The notes below the pieces were generated by a model, which was not told the origin of the DNA, did not search any database, and saw nothing but the letters and a program-made list of their open reading frames with translations. A DNA stretch of 64,000 bases from Candidatus Omnitrophota bacterium (GTDB lineage: Bacteria > Omnitrophota > Gorgyraeia > Gygaellales > Profunditerraquicolaceae): NCBI GenBank assembly GCA_043800555.1, contig JAZDMX010000003.1, positions 97,947 through 161,946 on the forward strand. Direction: 5' to 3'. The first letter of the stretch is position 1; each line of letters opens with the position of its first letter. Below are positions 9,389-19,497 of the stretch, one piece after another. The position numbers and the translations under genes are program-made.

Positions 9389-9417
9389 TTGACCCGCGTA
9401 TTTTACCGGTATATAAT
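9389..9417 (+). promoter_or_regulatory. sigma70 promoter upstream of rplU-obgE-proB
   Basis: TTGACC (9389-9394), 17 bp, TATAAT (9412-9417); near consensus. Confidence 0.75.
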
Positions 9418-9461
9418 AAAGCTTCAAAAAATCCGTTAAATCTATCAAAAGGGAGCCAAAA

Positions 9462-9779
9462 ATGTATGCTATAGTTGAAGTTGGGGCAAAACAGTACAAT
9501 GTTAAAAAAGATGATATTATCCTCGTTGACCAGCAACCGCTTAAAGAAGGCAAGGAAATAGTATTAGAGAAGGTGCTTTTAGTTTCTAAGGATAGGAAAA
9601 TTGAGGTTGGCCAGCCGTATCTGAAAGATGCAAAGGTGAGCGCTGAAGTCTTATCCAGGGTAAAAGGGGAAAAGGCAACCGCTTTTAAATACCGGCGCCG
9701 TAAATCTTCGCATTGGAAAAAAGGCCACCGCGCCAAATTATTAGAGTTAAAAATAAAATCTATCGAAATAGGCAGTTAA
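9462..9779 (+). CDS. rplU: 50S ribosomal protein bL21
   Basis: MYAIVEVGAKQY, GQPY, FKYRRRK..KGHR. Confidence 0.97.
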   Translation: MYAIVEVGAKQYNVKKDDIILVDQQPLKEGKEIVLEKVLLVSKDRKIEVGQPYLKDAKVSAEVLSRVKGEKATAFKYRRRKSSHWKKGHRAKLLELKIKSIEIGS

Positions 9780-9780
9780 A

Positions 9781-10746
9781 TTGTCCATTGCGTTTGTTGA
9801 CCAGGCAAAGATTTACGTAAAAGCCGGAGACGGAGGCAGAGGCAGCTCCAGTTTATACCGCGACAGGTCTATGCGCGTGGGTAGGCCTGACGGAGGAGAT
9901 GGCGGGCGGGGCTCTGATATAATAATCCGCGCCGACAGGAACCTCCACACTCTTTTAGATTTAAAGTATAACCAGCATTTTCGGGGTAAGCACGGCGGCC
10001 ACGGATCAGGCAATGATAAAAGAGGCCGGGAAGCCGAGCCTGTAATAATCCGCGTTCCGGTAGGCACTACTATTATTGATTCTAAGGGCAATTGCGTTTT
10101 ACGCGACTTGGAGGTTGACGCGCAAGAAGTCATCGTAGCGGCCGGCGGCGCCGGCGGTAAAGGCAATAATAAGCATAGCCTGCAAGGTTTTCCCGGAGGA
10201 CTGGGCGAAGAAAAAGTATTAATTTTAGACCTTAAGCTTATTGCCGAGGTTGGCGTTGTGGGCTTCCCGAATGCGGGGAAATCTACTTTGATTTCTAATA
10301 TATCCAATGCCCGGCCCCAGATTGCGGCGTATCCGTTTACTACCAAATTTCCCATTCTTGGATTTCTCAGGCGCGGGGAGAAAACATTCGTAGTCGCGGA
10401 TATCCCCGGCCTCATTAAAGGTTCGTCTGGAGGCAAAGGCCTGGGGGACAGGTTTTTAAGGCATGTTGAGCGCACAAAGATCCTTATTCATCTGGTTGAC
10501 ATGGCGGGTTTTGAGGGCAGGGAGCCGTTGGAGGACTATAAGACGATTAACCGGGAGTTAAAGAGTTTTAATCCTTTAGTTGGCAAGAAGATCCAGATAA
10601 TAGCCGCCAATAAAATGGACCTGGATGGGGCAAAAGAAAACCTGGAGAGGTTCAAGAAGGCAGTAAAGAAAAAGATATACCCCATATCTGCTTTGCATAA
10701 AAAAGGGCTAGAGGAATTAATCGATGCAGTCGCAAAGAAAATATAA
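9781..10746 (+). CDS. obgE: GTPase ObgE/CgtA (short form)
   Basis: FVDQ..AGDGG glycine-rich Obg fold; GFPNAGKST, YPFTT, DIPG, NKMD; TTG start 1 bp after rplU stop. Confidence 0.97.
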   Translation: MSIAFVDQAKIYVKAGDGGRGSSSLYRDRSMRVGRPDGGDGGRGSDIIIRADRNLHTLLDLKYNQHFRGKHGGHGSGNDKRGREAEPVIIRVPVGTTIIDSKGNCVLRDLEVDAQEVIVAAGGAGGKGNNKHSLQGFPGGLGEEKVLILDLKLIAEVGVVGFPNAGKSTLISNISNARPQIAAYPFTTKFPILGFLRRGEKTFVVADIPGLIKGSSGGKGLGDRFLRHVERTKILIHLVDMAGFEGREPLEDYKTINRELKSFNPLVGKKIQIIAANKMDLDGAKENLERFKKAVKKKIYPISALHKKGLEELIDAVAKKI

Positions 10747-11785
10747 AAGAATAGTCGTAAAGATAGGTTCCAGCCTTCTTTCGCATAAGGCTAAGCTTGA
10801 CACGGCTATGCTTAGCGGTGTTTCAAGCCAGGTATCCAGCCTTATGAAAAAAGGCAGGGAGATAGTTTTAGTTTCTTCAGGCGCCATAGCCTTGGGAATG
10901 TCGGTTTTAAAGTTAACGCAGCGGCCTAAAGAGCTTAGTTTTCTGCAGGCCTCTGCGGCTGTGGGGCAGAATGAATTGATGGACGCTTACCGGTATTTTT
11001 TCAAGAAACGCGGCATTAATTGCGCGCAATTACTTTTGACTTGGGAAGATTTTTCCGATCGTAAGCGTTATTTGAATGCCAAGAGCACGCTCAATACGCT
11101 TCTTAAATTAAAAATCGTTCCCATAATCAACGAGAACGACACTGTTTCGACCGATGAAATTAAGTTTGGGGATAATGACCGGCTTAGCGCTTTAGTTTCA
11201 ATCCTCGTTGGGGCGGACCTTTTGATCATACTTTCCGACGTCGAGGGGCTCTGGGGTGAAGATAAGAAAATAATCAGGGTCGTAGATAAAATTACCGGGA
11301 GCCTGAAGTCTTTAGCCTGTTCTTCGAAAAAAGAAATTTGCGTTGGAGGCATGGTAACTAAATTAGAGGCGGCCAATATTGCTACTAGTTCCGGTATCCC
11401 TTGCGTAATTGCCAGCGGCCAGAAGAAAGACATCATCAAGTCGGTAGTTGATGATGCCGGCAGCAACGGAACTCTCTTTTTAACCAAAGGTAAAGTGCTT
11501 GACGCTAAAGAGCGCTGGATGGCTTTCGGGACTAAATCTAAAGGTAGGATCAGGGTTGATGATGGCGCCAAAAATGCCTTGCTTAATAAAAAGAGCCTGC
11601 TTTCGGTAGGAATAGTCTCCTGCTCGGGAAATTTTTCGCCGGGAGATGTGGTGAGCATTTGTAATAATGATGATGTTGAATTTGCCCGCGGCAAAGCCGG
11701 ATTGGGGATAAAAGAACTTGAGAAAATTCAGGGGATCCGTTTTGCCAAAGAAATAATCCACCGGGATAACATAGTTATGCTTTAG
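10724..11785 (+). CDS. proB: Glutamate 5-kinase with PUA domain
   Basis: VVKIGSS, INEND, GDNDRLSA, GGMVTKLEAA, IHRDN. Confidence 0.96.
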   Translation: MQSQRKYKRIVVKIGSSLLSHKAKLDTAMLSGVSSQVSSLMKKGREIVLVSSGAIALGMSVLKLTQRPKELSFLQASAAVGQNELMDAYRYFFKKRGINCAQLLLTWEDFSDRKRYLNAKSTLNTLLKLKIVPIINENDTVSTDEIKFGDNDRLSALVSILVGADLLIILSDVEGLWGEDKKIIRVVDKITGSLKSLACSSKKEICVGGMVTKLEAANIATSSGIPCVIASGQKKDIIKSVVDDAGSNGTLFLTKGKVLDAKERWMAFGTKSKGRIRVDDGAKNALLNKKSLLSVGIVSCSGNFSPGDVVSICNNDDVEFARGKAGLGIKELEKIQGIRFAKEIIHRDNIVML

Positions 11786-11805
11786 GGGCGGCTCTCAACT
11801 CGAAG

Positions 11806-11837
11806 TAAAAGCGTCCCTAGGCAAGGGGATACTTTTA
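11806..11837. repeat. Imperfect inverted repeat (REP-like or terminator-like) between proB and proA
   Basis: TAAAAGCGTCCCT..AGGGGATACTTTTA. Confidence 0.4.
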
Positions 11838-11868
11838 AATTGATTGAAAACGTCCTTAAGAAAGAGAT

Positions 11869-13128
11869 ATGGACCTGAAAAAAGAAATAATACAAATTGC
11901 TAAAAACGCTAAATCCGCTTCCGGCTATCTTGCCAATCTTGCGACCAGCCAAAAGAATAGAATTCTAGAGGAGATGGCCGGGAACCTGGAAGATAAAAAG
12001 TCCAGGATACTCAAGGCGAATAAAAAGGATATTGCCGCAGCTAAGTCTGCAAAGTTATCCAGCGCTTTCATCGACCGGCTTACGCTTGACGATAAAAGAA
12101 TAGAAGCTATGGTGGCCGGGCTTTTAGATGTCGCCAAGCTAAAAGACCCGATAGGCGCGGAGATAAGATCATGGCAGGTCCCTTCCGGTTTAAAGATACA
12201 TAAGGTGCGCGTTCCCATAGGAGTAATCGCCATAATTTACGAAGCCCGCCCCAATGTTACTGCTGATTGTATCGGCCTGACTTTTAAGTCCGGGAACAGC
12301 GTGATTTTGAGAGGAGGAAGCGAGGCATTAAATTCCAATCTGGCTATCTTTGCAGCTATAAATGAGGTTGCCGAGAGAAATGATCTTCCGGTTGGAGCGT
12401 TAAATATTATTTCCACTAAAGACAGGCGGGCTATCGATTTCCTGCTTAAATTGAATGATTATATCGACGTGGTTATTCCCCGCGGCGGCGAAGAGTTGAT
12501 TAAGAAGGTGGTAAAGCTTTCGCGGATACCCGTAATCAAGCATTATAAAGGTATTTGCCATGTTTTTGTCGATGACTACGCGGATTTGAATATGGCCGAA
12601 CAAATTTGTTTTAACGCCAAGGTTCAGCGTCCGGGAGTCTGTAACGCCATGGAAAGCATGCTTGTGCATCGCGATGTTGCTGGCCGGTTCCTGCCGGGAA
12701 TGCTTAATAAATTCAAGGAAGCCCGGGTAGAAATCCGCGGCTGTGTTTTTACGCAAAGGATCGCTAAGGAAGGGGTAAAAAAAGCCACGGATAGGGATTA
12801 CCGCACCGAATTTTCGGACCTGGTCTTAGCGGTAAAAGTAGTAGATAGCCTTGACGAGGCGGTTGCCCATATCAATGAATATGGCTCGCATCACTCCGAT
12901 AGTATCGTTACCGATGATGAAAACAACGCCAGAGAATTCCTTAAAAGAATCGACTCGGCTTGTGTATATGTGAACGCCTCAACCCGTTTTACCGACGGCT
13001 ATCAATTCGGCATGGGAGCGGAAATCGGCATATCCACCGATAAATTACACGCCCGCGGACCGATGGGTTTGGAAGAATTGACCAGCTATAAGTACGCGGT
13101 TTTTGGCAATGGGCAGCTTAGGCAGTAG
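11869..13128 (+). CDS. proA: Glutamate-5-semialdehyde dehydrogenase
   Basis: IIYEARPNV, PGVCNAME, NASTRFTDG, LHARGPMGL. Confidence 0.97.
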   Translation: MDLKKEIIQIAKNAKSASGYLANLATSQKNRILEEMAGNLEDKKSRILKANKKDIAAAKSAKLSSAFIDRLTLDDKRIEAMVAGLLDVAKLKDPIGAEIRSWQVPSGLKIHKVRVPIGVIAIIYEARPNVTADCIGLTFKSGNSVILRGGSEALNSNLAIFAAINEVAERNDLPVGALNIISTKDRRAIDFLLKLNDYIDVVIPRGGEELIKKVVKLSRIPVIKHYKGICHVFVDDYADLNMAEQICFNAKVQRPGVCNAMESMLVHRDVAGRFLPGMLNKFKEARVEIRGCVFTQRIAKEGVKKATDRDYRTEFSDLVLAVKVVDSLDEAVAHINEYGSHHSDSIVTDDENNAREFLKRIDSACVYVNASTRFTDGYQFGMGAEIGISTDKLHARGPMGLEELTSYKYAVFGNGQLRQ

Positions 13129-13217
13129 CAGGCAAATAGGGACAGCGACCATTCTTATCTCCGCAGGGAATGAGCAAGGTTATCGCTGCTCCTGATATAA
13201 AAAGGGGTAAGCTCAAA

Positions 13218-13790
13218 TTGAAAATCGGTATCCTAGGCGGAACGTTTAACCCTGTTCACATCGGCCATTTGATTTTGGCCGAAGAAGCAAGAGAAAAGCT
13301 GGGTTTAGGGAGAATTATTTTTGTCCCGGCCAACCTGCCTCCGCATAAGGAAAATGGCGATATTGCGCAGGCGCATGACCGGCTTACAATGTTAAAGCTT
13401 TCGATCAAGGGAAATAAACATTTTGGAGTTTCGGACATTGAAATCAAGAGGCAGGGCCGTTCTTATACAATCGATACAATAAGGGAATTTAAGAAGAGGT
13501 TTTTATCCGACGAGTTGTATTTTATCATTGGTTCGGATTTACTGAAATACCTGGATGCCTGGAAAGATTTGGGGGAAATCAATAAAATGGTTAAATTCGT
13601 CGCTGCGACCAGGCCGGGCTATCCGTTGGAGAGTATCCCAGCTTATATCGAAACTTTAAAGATCAGGGCGGTTGATGTTTCAGGTTTTGAAGTGCGCCAG
13701 TGCATAAAGGAAAATAAGTCGTTTAGATATTTGGTTCCGGAAGCAGTATTTGGCTTTATTAACAAAAAAGGACTCTATAAGGGTAGATAG
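13218..13790 (+). CDS. nadD: Nicotinate-nucleotide adenylyltransferase
   Basis: GGTFNPVHIGH, SYTIDT, IIGSD; TTG at 13218 follows an AAAGGGG RBS (ORF track start 13170). Confidence 0.93.
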   Translation: MKIGILGGTFNPVHIGHLILAEEAREKLGLGRIIFVPANLPPHKENGDIAQAHDRLTMLKLSIKGNKHFGVSDIEIKRQGRSYTIDTIREFKKRFLSDELYFIIGSDLLKYLDAWKDLGEINKMVKFVAATRPGYPLESIPAYIETLKIRAVDVSGFEVRQCIKENKSFRYLVPEAVFGFINKKGLYKGR

Positions 13791-13846
13791 TAGCTAGCAG
13801 TTAGTATCTAGGGTATCCTGCATACTAACTACTATCTACTAACTAC
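13783..13846. repeat. Inverted array of 7-bp tandem repeats
   Basis: TAGATAG TAGCTAG CAGTTAG TAT ... ATA CTAACTA CTATCTA CTAACTA; 25-bp arms with 22 matched positions. Confidence 0.75.
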
Positions 13847-13873
13847 TCTGTAATAGGATAAGAAAGGCAAATA

Positions 13874-14518
13874 GTGAAGATACAAATTGCTCCATCCATA
13901 TTATCTGCTGATTTTAGCTGCCTTCAGGATGAAGTGAGGAGAGTTGAAAAGGCGGGGGCTGATTTGCTGCATATCGATGTTATGGATGGGCATTTTGTCC
14001 CGAATATTACTATCGGCCCGGCCGTGGTTAAATATATCCGTAAATGCACAAAATTGCCTCTGGATGTGCATTTGATGATTGAAAATCCTCAAAAATATGT
14101 CGATGCCTTTGTTAATGCCGGAAGCGACATGATTACCGTCCATATAGAAACGGTTTCGGGCCCCGGGCTCAAGGCCATAGGCGTTAAGCTTAAGCGCAAA
14201 GGCATAAAATTTGGCGTATCCCTTAACCCGGAGACGCCCGTATCCAGGCTTAAGCCGATATTAAAATACGTGGATTTTATCCTGGTAATGTCGGTTAATC
14301 CGGGTTTTGGCGGACAAAGTTTCATTCCGGGAGCAATTCCCAGAATAAAAGCTTTGCGGGCGATTTTTAAGGGAGACATTTCTGTTGATGGCGGGATAAA
14401 TGATTTAACCGCTCAAAGCGTAATGAAGGCTGGCGCGAATATCCTGGTAGCCGGTTCATACATATTTGGGGCAAAAGACAAAAGAAAAACTATAGAAAGG
14501 ATTAGAAATGCAGGCTAA
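13874..14518 (+). CDS. rpe: Ribulose-phosphate 3-epimerase
   Basis: IAPSILSADF, HIDVMDGHFVPN, MSVNPGFGGQ, VDGG; GTG start. Confidence 0.97.
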   Translation: MKIQIAPSILSADFSCLQDEVRRVEKAGADLLHIDVMDGHFVPNITIGPAVVKYIRKCTKLPLDVHLMIENPQKYVDAFVNAGSDMITVHIETVSGPGLKAIGVKLKRKGIKFGVSLNPETPVSRLKPILKYVDFILVMSVNPGFGGQSFIPGAIPRIKALRAIFKGDISVDGGINDLTAQSVMKAGANILVAGSYIFGAKDKRKTIERIRNAG

Positions 14519-15896
14519 TAGCGGGATTAAATTCGGAACAGACGGTTGGCGGGCAGTTATTGCCGACTCTTACAATTTTAAGAACTTAAGGATTTTGGCC
14601 CAGGCTACCGCGGATTACCTGGGAGAAGGAAAGAAAATCGTCATTGGCTTTGATACGCGTTTCATGTCGGATAAATTTGCGTTTGTTGTAGCCGAAGTCA
14701 TCAGCAATAACGCCATAGAGGTGATTCTTTCGGAGGCCCCGGTGCCTACTCCGGCATTAAGTTTGGCCGTAAAGGAGATGCAAGCCGATTTAGGGGTAAT
14801 GATTACCGCTTCTCATAACCCGGCAGAATATAACGGTTTTAAAGTCAAAATGCCTTCCGGGGGCGCGGCCCCGGTAGAGGTGACTGAGGAAATCGAGAAT
14901 CTCCTGGGCCAAAAGGCCCCCGCAGAAACAAGCGTGAAAACAATACCCATAAAGAAATCCGATTTAACCCGGGATTACGTTAAATTCATCCGATCGTATA
15001 TTGATCTTAAGAAGATAAAGAATAATCAATTCAAGGTTTTGGTTGACGCGATGCATGGTTCAGGGGATAGCTTAATCGGCCGGATTTTAAAGGGCACTAA
15101 GATTAAGATTGAATTTATGCGTAATACAATAAATCCTTCTTTTGGCGGCAGCAGGCCGGAGCCTGTGGAAGAGAACCTCGAGGAATTGAAAGAGCGGGTA
15201 AAAAAAGAAAAATTCGACTTAGGGATTGCCCTTGATGGCGATGCGGACAGGATCGCGGCCGTAGCCCCCGGAGGAGTATTTATCCATCCTCAGAAAATTT
15301 TAGGGCTTTTAGCCCTGCATCTAAACCAGGATAGAGGATGCTCCGGCGGTTTGGTAAAGACAATTTGCGGGACAACCATGATGGACAATATTGCCAACTT
15401 TTTAAAGATTAAACTTTATGAAACACCGGTTGGCTTTAAGTATATCTCTAACCTTATGGAAACGGAAGATATAGTCGCCGGAGGCGAGGAAGCCGGAGGA
15501 ATGGGCGTTAAAAACTATATACCTGAACGCGACGGAAGCATGGCCGGTATGTTGTTGATTGAAATGATGAGTTTCCGCAATAAAAATATCCTCAAGATAC
15601 TCAACGAAACGGAGAAGCAGTTTGGAAAATTTTATTATGTTCGTGTTGACCTGCATTTGAATAAACGCGTGGAACCAGATAAAGAAAACCTGCCCAGGGA
15701 ATTGCTGGGAAAGAAGGTAACCGATATCAAGGATTATGACGGCTTAAAATTGATTTGCGAAGACAAAAGCTGGCTTATGTTCCGTCCTTCAGGGACTGAG
15801 CCGATCATGCGTATTTACGCGGAAGCCGGTAGCCTAGCGCAGGCAAATAAACTTTTGGAGTTAGGAAAGAAGGTCATTCTGAGGGATGCCGTATAG
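14508..15896 (+). CDS. Phosphoglucomutase/phosphomannomutase family protein
   Basis: FGTDGWR, TASHNP, DGDADR, GEEAGG, RPSGTEP. Confidence 0.93.
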   Translation: MQANSGIKFGTDGWRAVIADSYNFKNLRILAQATADYLGEGKKIVIGFDTRFMSDKFAFVVAEVISNNAIEVILSEAPVPTPALSLAVKEMQADLGVMITASHNPAEYNGFKVKMPSGGAAPVEVTEEIENLLGQKAPAETSVKTIPIKKSDLTRDYVKFIRSYIDLKKIKNNQFKVLVDAMHGSGDSLIGRILKGTKIKIEFMRNTINPSFGGSRPEPVEENLEELKERVKKEKFDLGIALDGDADRIAAVAPGGVFIHPQKILGLLALHLNQDRGCSGGLVKTICGTTMMDNIANFLKIKLYETPVGFKYISNLMETEDIVAGGEEAGGMGVKNYIPERDGSMAGMLLIEMMSFRNKNILKILNETEKQFGKFYYVRVDLHLNKRVEPDKENLPRELLGKKVTDIKDYDGLKLICEDKSWLMFRPSGTEPIMRIYAEAGSLAQANKLLELGKKVILRDAV

Positions 15897-16473
15897 ATTA
15901 AGCAGATTTATACTGCTTTTGTTATGTAAACTTTTGTTCCGTATCCAATTCAAGGGGCGGGAGTTTATCCCTAAGAAAGGCGGATTCATTATAGCCAGCA
16001 ACCATTTTAGCTATCTGGATCCAATTGCAGTCGGCGTAGCCTGTACGCGCAGCATAAGTTTTATGGCCAAGGACGCGCTGTTTGATTATCCTTTTCTTTC
16101 CGGGTGGCTTAAGGCGGTTGGTGCCATATCCGTAAAACGGGGCTCGGCGGATTTATCCGCGATAAGAAAAGCGCTTAACAATGCAAAATCCGGAAAGGGC
16201 TTGGCATTATTCCCGGAAGGAACGCGCCGGACAAAAGAAACCGCATCTATCAACCCTGAACCGGGGGCCGGATTCCTGGCGGACAAGTTGAATGTGCCGG
16301 TTATCCCTGCGTTTGTCTCGGGAACAGAAATAGCTTTGCCAAAGGGAGCAAAGAGATTGCGCCTGGTAAAGTTAAAAGTAGTTTTTGGCAAGGAAATCCA
16401 TATAGAAAGGGGGAAGCCTTATCATGAAATTTCCGCAATGATAATGGCTAGCATAAATAATTTAGCAAGCTAA
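15886..16473 (+). CDS. plsC: 1-acyl-sn-glycerol-3-phosphate acyltransferase
   Basis: NHFSYLD (HX4D), FMAK, FPEGTR. Confidence 0.88.
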   Translation: MPYRLSRFILLLLCKLLFRIQFKGREFIPKKGGFIIASNHFSYLDPIAVGVACTRSISFMAKDALFDYPFLSGWLKAVGAISVKRGSADLSAIRKALNNAKSGKGLALFPEGTRRTKETASINPEPGAGFLADKLNVPVIPAFVSGTEIALPKGAKRLRLVKLKVVFGKEIHIERGKPYHEISAMIMASINNLAS

Positions 16474-16577
16474 CAATAATAGGGGGGCGTAAATTTTTAC
16501 CGGTTGCTTGGAACAAAAATCAGCCCGTTACCCCTAGTCCCGTGGTTTAGAAAATAAACGATAAAGGAGAATTTAAA

Positions 16578-18119
16578 ATGTCAGATACAAGGGAAGAATT
16601 AGAGCAGCTCTATAATGAGAGCATTAAGATCATCAAGGAAGGGCACGTGGTAACGGGAAAAGTCGTTGCTATAAAGCAAAAGGAAGTTTTGGTGGATGTG
16701 GGTTTTAAATCCGAGGGGCTTGTCCCTATAACCGAATTCCCGAAGGCGGACTTGGAGGTAGGCAAGGAATTGGAGTTTTTCCTGGAGTCAATCGAGAATG
16801 ACGCCGGCAATATCGTTTTATCACGCGAAAAGGCAATCAGCATACAAGGTTGGGATAAGATCGTTAAGTTTTCCCATGAGGGGGCTCTTGTTGAAGGCAG
16901 GCCCGTCAAGAAGGTAAAAGGAGGATTCCTCGTTGACGTTATGGGGATCGAAGGGTTTTTGCCCCTATCATTGTCCGCTTTCAAGAATATCGCGGATAAG
17001 GACATACTTTATAAACCGTTCCAGTTTAAGATTGTTAAAGTCAATAATCTCAGGCGGAGCATAATTTTGAGCCGCAGGGAAGCGGTGCAAAAAGAAAGAA
17101 ACGTTGCCAAGGATAGAATCTGGCAGGAACTAAAGATTGGCAGCGTTGCTTCAGGCGTAGTCAAGGCCATTACGGATTTCGGAGCCTTCATTGATTTGGG
17201 CGGAGTGGACGGGCTTTTGCATATTACCGATATGTCCTGGTCAAAGATAAGCCATCCTTCGGAGGTAGTTGCTTTAGGGGATAAAATCGAAGTAGCAATC
17301 CTTAACCTGGACAGGGAATCCGGCAAGATTTCTTTAGGCTTAAAACAAAGAATGCCTGACCCGTGGGCTGATATTGTCAGTAAATTTACCGTTGGCTCAA
17401 AGGTAAAAGGAAAGGTTGTTAATATACTTCCTTATGGCGTATTTGTGGAATTGGAGAAAGGGATCGAGGGCCTGATTCACGTATCCGAGATTTCCTGGAC
17501 GAAAAGGATTAATAACCCGCAAGAAATGTTTGCTGTCGGGGATATACTTGAAACTCAGATTATCAGCGTTGATAAAGACTCGCGCAGGATCTCTCTTAGC
17601 CTGAAACAATTAGAGCAGAACCCGTGGCTGGAAGCTGATTCAAAATATGCCCAGGGCTCTACCGTTAGCGGAAAGGTTCGCGGGTTTACTGATTATGGCG
17701 CGTTCGTGGAGTTGGATAATAGCCTGGAAGGAATGATCCATGTTTCTGATATGTCCTGGACCAAAAGGATCGGGCATCCTCAGGATGTCTTAAAGAAGGG
17801 CCAGAAGGTCGATGTTCTGGTTATTTCTGTTGATAAGCAAAACAGGCGGATTGCTTTAGGGTTGAAGCAGCTTCAGGAGAATCCCTGGGGAAAAATTGCC
17901 GAAAAGTATCCTTTAGATACGGTTTTGGAAGCGGAAGTGGTCAATCTTACCGATTTTGGCGTTTTTGTAAAATTGGAAGATGATCTGGAAGGATTGATTT
18001 ATTCCAGCGAGATTGATAAAGATAGCGTATCTAAACTGAACCCCGGCGACAAAATCCAGGTCAAGGTGATTAAAGTGGATGTGGAGCAGGCCAAGATTGG
18101 CTTAACGGCCCGCGTATAG
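16578..18119 (+). CDS. rpsA: 30S ribosomal protein bS1
   Basis: Repeated S1 domains ([44 protein letters not shown], etc.); AAGGAG RBS. Confidence 0.96.
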   Translation: MSDTREELEQLYNESIKIIKEGHVVTGKVVAIKQKEVLVDVGFKSEGLVPITEFPKADLEVGKELEFFLESIENDAGNIVLSREKAISIQGWDKIVKFSHEGALVEGRPVKKVKGGFLVDVMGIEGFLPLSLSAFKNIADKDILYKPFQFKIVKVNNLRRSIILSRREAVQKERNVAKDRIWQELKIGSVASGVVKAITDFGAFIDLGGVDGLLHITDMSWSKISHPSEVVALGDKIEVAILNLDRESGKISLGLKQRMPDPWADIVSKFTVGSKVKGKVVNILPYGVFVELEKGIEGLIHVSEISWTKRINNPQEMFAVGDILETQIISVDKDSRRISLSLKQLEQNPWLEADSKYAQGSTVSGKVRGFTDYGAFVELDNSLEGMIHVSDMSWTKRIGHPQDVLKKGQKVDVLVISVDKQNRRIALGLKQLQENPWGKIAEKYPLDTVLEAEVVNLTDFGVFVKLEDDLEGLIYSSEIDKDSVSKLNPGDKIQVKVIKVDVEQAKIGLTARV

Positions 18120-18125
18120 AAGTAA

Positions 18126-18143
18126 GGGGGGAAGTCTCCCCCC
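18126..18143. repeat. Short GC hairpin overlapping the tyrS ribosome-binding region
   Basis: GGGGGGA-AGTC-TCCCCCC immediately before ATG 18146. Confidence 0.5.
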
Positions 18144-18145
18144 AT

Positions 18146-19321
18146 ATGGAAAATATGGACATCGATGAGCAACTAAAAATAATTAAGCGGGGTGTATCCG
18201 AAATAATTTCCGAAGAGGAGTTAAGAAAGAAACTCGCGGAAAGTAGCAAGGCCAAGCGCCCGCTTAAGGTTAAGGCCGGTTTTGACCCAACCGCCCCGGA
18301 TCTGCATTTAGGCCACACCGTGCTCTTAAGAAAGCTTAGGCAGTTCCAGGAGCTGGGCCATGAAGTGTATTTTCTTATAGGAGATTTTACCGGGCAGATT
18401 GGAGACCCTACCGGCAGGTCGGAGGCTAGGAAGCAGCTTTCCCGGCAAGAGGCGGCCAGGAACGCCGAAACTTACAAAAAACAGGTGGCCAAGATACTTG
18501 ACCTTAATAAATTAAAAATTGTTTTTAACAGTAAGTGGTTTGACAAGATGACGGCTTCCGGCATCCTTGAGCTTGCTACTCATGCCTCGGTTTCCCAGAT
18601 GTTGGCCCGCGAGGATTTCAAGAAGCGTTTTTCTAGCGGCGAAAATATATCAATCCTGGAGTTTTTGTACCCTTTGATGCAGGGTTATGATTCGGTCATC
18701 CTGGAGGCAGACTTGGAACTGGGAGGCACAGACCAGATATTCAATCTTTTGTTCGGCAGGCAGCTCCAAAAAAACTTTAATCAGCCGCAACAGGTTGTCA
18801 TGACTATGCCGCTTTTGGAAGGGACCGACGGCACCCAGAAGATGAGCAAGTCTTATGCCAATTACATCGGGATTAACGAGCCGCCAAAAGAGATGTTTGG
18901 CAAGGTTATGTCTATTTCCGACGAGCTTATGTTTAAATATTACGAATTACTGACTGATGAAAATCTGGATAATGTCAGGAAAATGCATCCTAAAGAAGCC
19001 AAAGTAAATTTAGCCAAGATTATAATCTCCCAGTACCATTCAAATAATGCCGGGGAAAAAGAGGCTGCGGAATTTGAGCGGGTTTTCTCCCAAAAAGAAA
19101 TCCCTCAAGATATGCCTGAATTTCGGCTTGATGCCGGCAAGAATATAATCCATATACTTACCGAAAGCAAGCTGGCCGCGAGCGGGAACGAGGCCCGCAG
19201 GCTTATCAAACAAGGCGCGGTAACTTTTGATAACCAAAGAATAGAAAAGGAAGATTTCATCCTTAAGGCCGGGGGTATCCTTAAGGCCGGCCCCCGCAGG
19301 TTCTTGAGGATTACTATTTAG
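18146..19321 (+). CDS. tyrS: Tyrosine--tRNA ligase
   Basis: [26 protein letters not shown]-terminal S4-like domain. Confidence 0.97.
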   Translation: MENMDIDEQLKIIKRGVSEIISEEELRKKLAESSKAKRPLKVKAGFDPTAPDLHLGHTVLLRKLRQFQELGHEVYFLIGDFTGQIGDPTGRSEARKQLSRQEAARNAETYKKQVAKILDLNKLKIVFNSKWFDKMTASGILELATHASVSQMLAREDFKKRFSSGENISILEFLYPLMQGYDSVILEADLELGGTDQIFNLLFGRQLQKNFNQPQQVVMTMPLLEGTDGTQKMSKSYANYIGINEPPKEMFGKVMSISDELMFKYYELLTDENLDNVRKMHPKEAKVNLAKIIISQYHSNNAGEKEAAEFERVFSQKEIPQDMPEFRLDAGKNIIHILTESKLAASGNEARRLIKQGAVTFDNQRIEKEDFILKAGGILKAGPRRFLRITI

Positions 19322-19334
19322 GAAGACGGAAAAA

Positions 19335-19460
19335 GAAAACGGTAAAATGGCGACGAAGACCGAAAACGCAAAAAAAAGGGGGACGTTTCTACTTTTTCTT
19401 AATCTGATGGCGGAAAAAGTAGAAACGTCCCCCTTTTCGCGTCCCATTTTTTCCATTTTC
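19335..19460. repeat. Compound inverted repeat (REP-like element, possible terminator) after tyrS
   Basis: Perfect 25-bp IR AAAAGGGGGACGTTTCTACTTTTTC (19374-19398 / 19413-19437, 14-nt loop) nested in an imperfect outer IR (19335-19355 / 19440-19460). Confidence 0.85.
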
Positions 19461-19497
19461 TCGCGCTTGCTATCCGGCAAGGCAATAATATTATCTT

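Noticed and set aside
9418-9461. L21 leader RNA
   Set aside because: Predicted UTR is about 38 nt and AT-rich with no convincing stem
9813-10475. 220-aa minus-strand ORF
   Set aside because: Antisense shadow of obgE; Pro-rich mirror of Gly codons with no domain
11068-11694. 208-aa minus-strand ORF (representative of all other minus-strand ORFs in the track)
   Set aside because: Antisense to well-supported genes; no recognisable motifs
13783-13846. Possible CRISPR array
   Set aside because: 7-bp units without spacers; no cas genes
16474-16577. Structured rpsA leader (GGGGGG..CCCC; GTTTA-GAAAA-TAAAC)
   Set aside because: Pairing is weak and cannot be distinguished from chance without covariation data
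19040-19480. 146-aa minus-strand ORF extending into the intergenic region
   Set aside because: Overlaps the tyrS 3' end and reads through the palindromic repeat; low complexity
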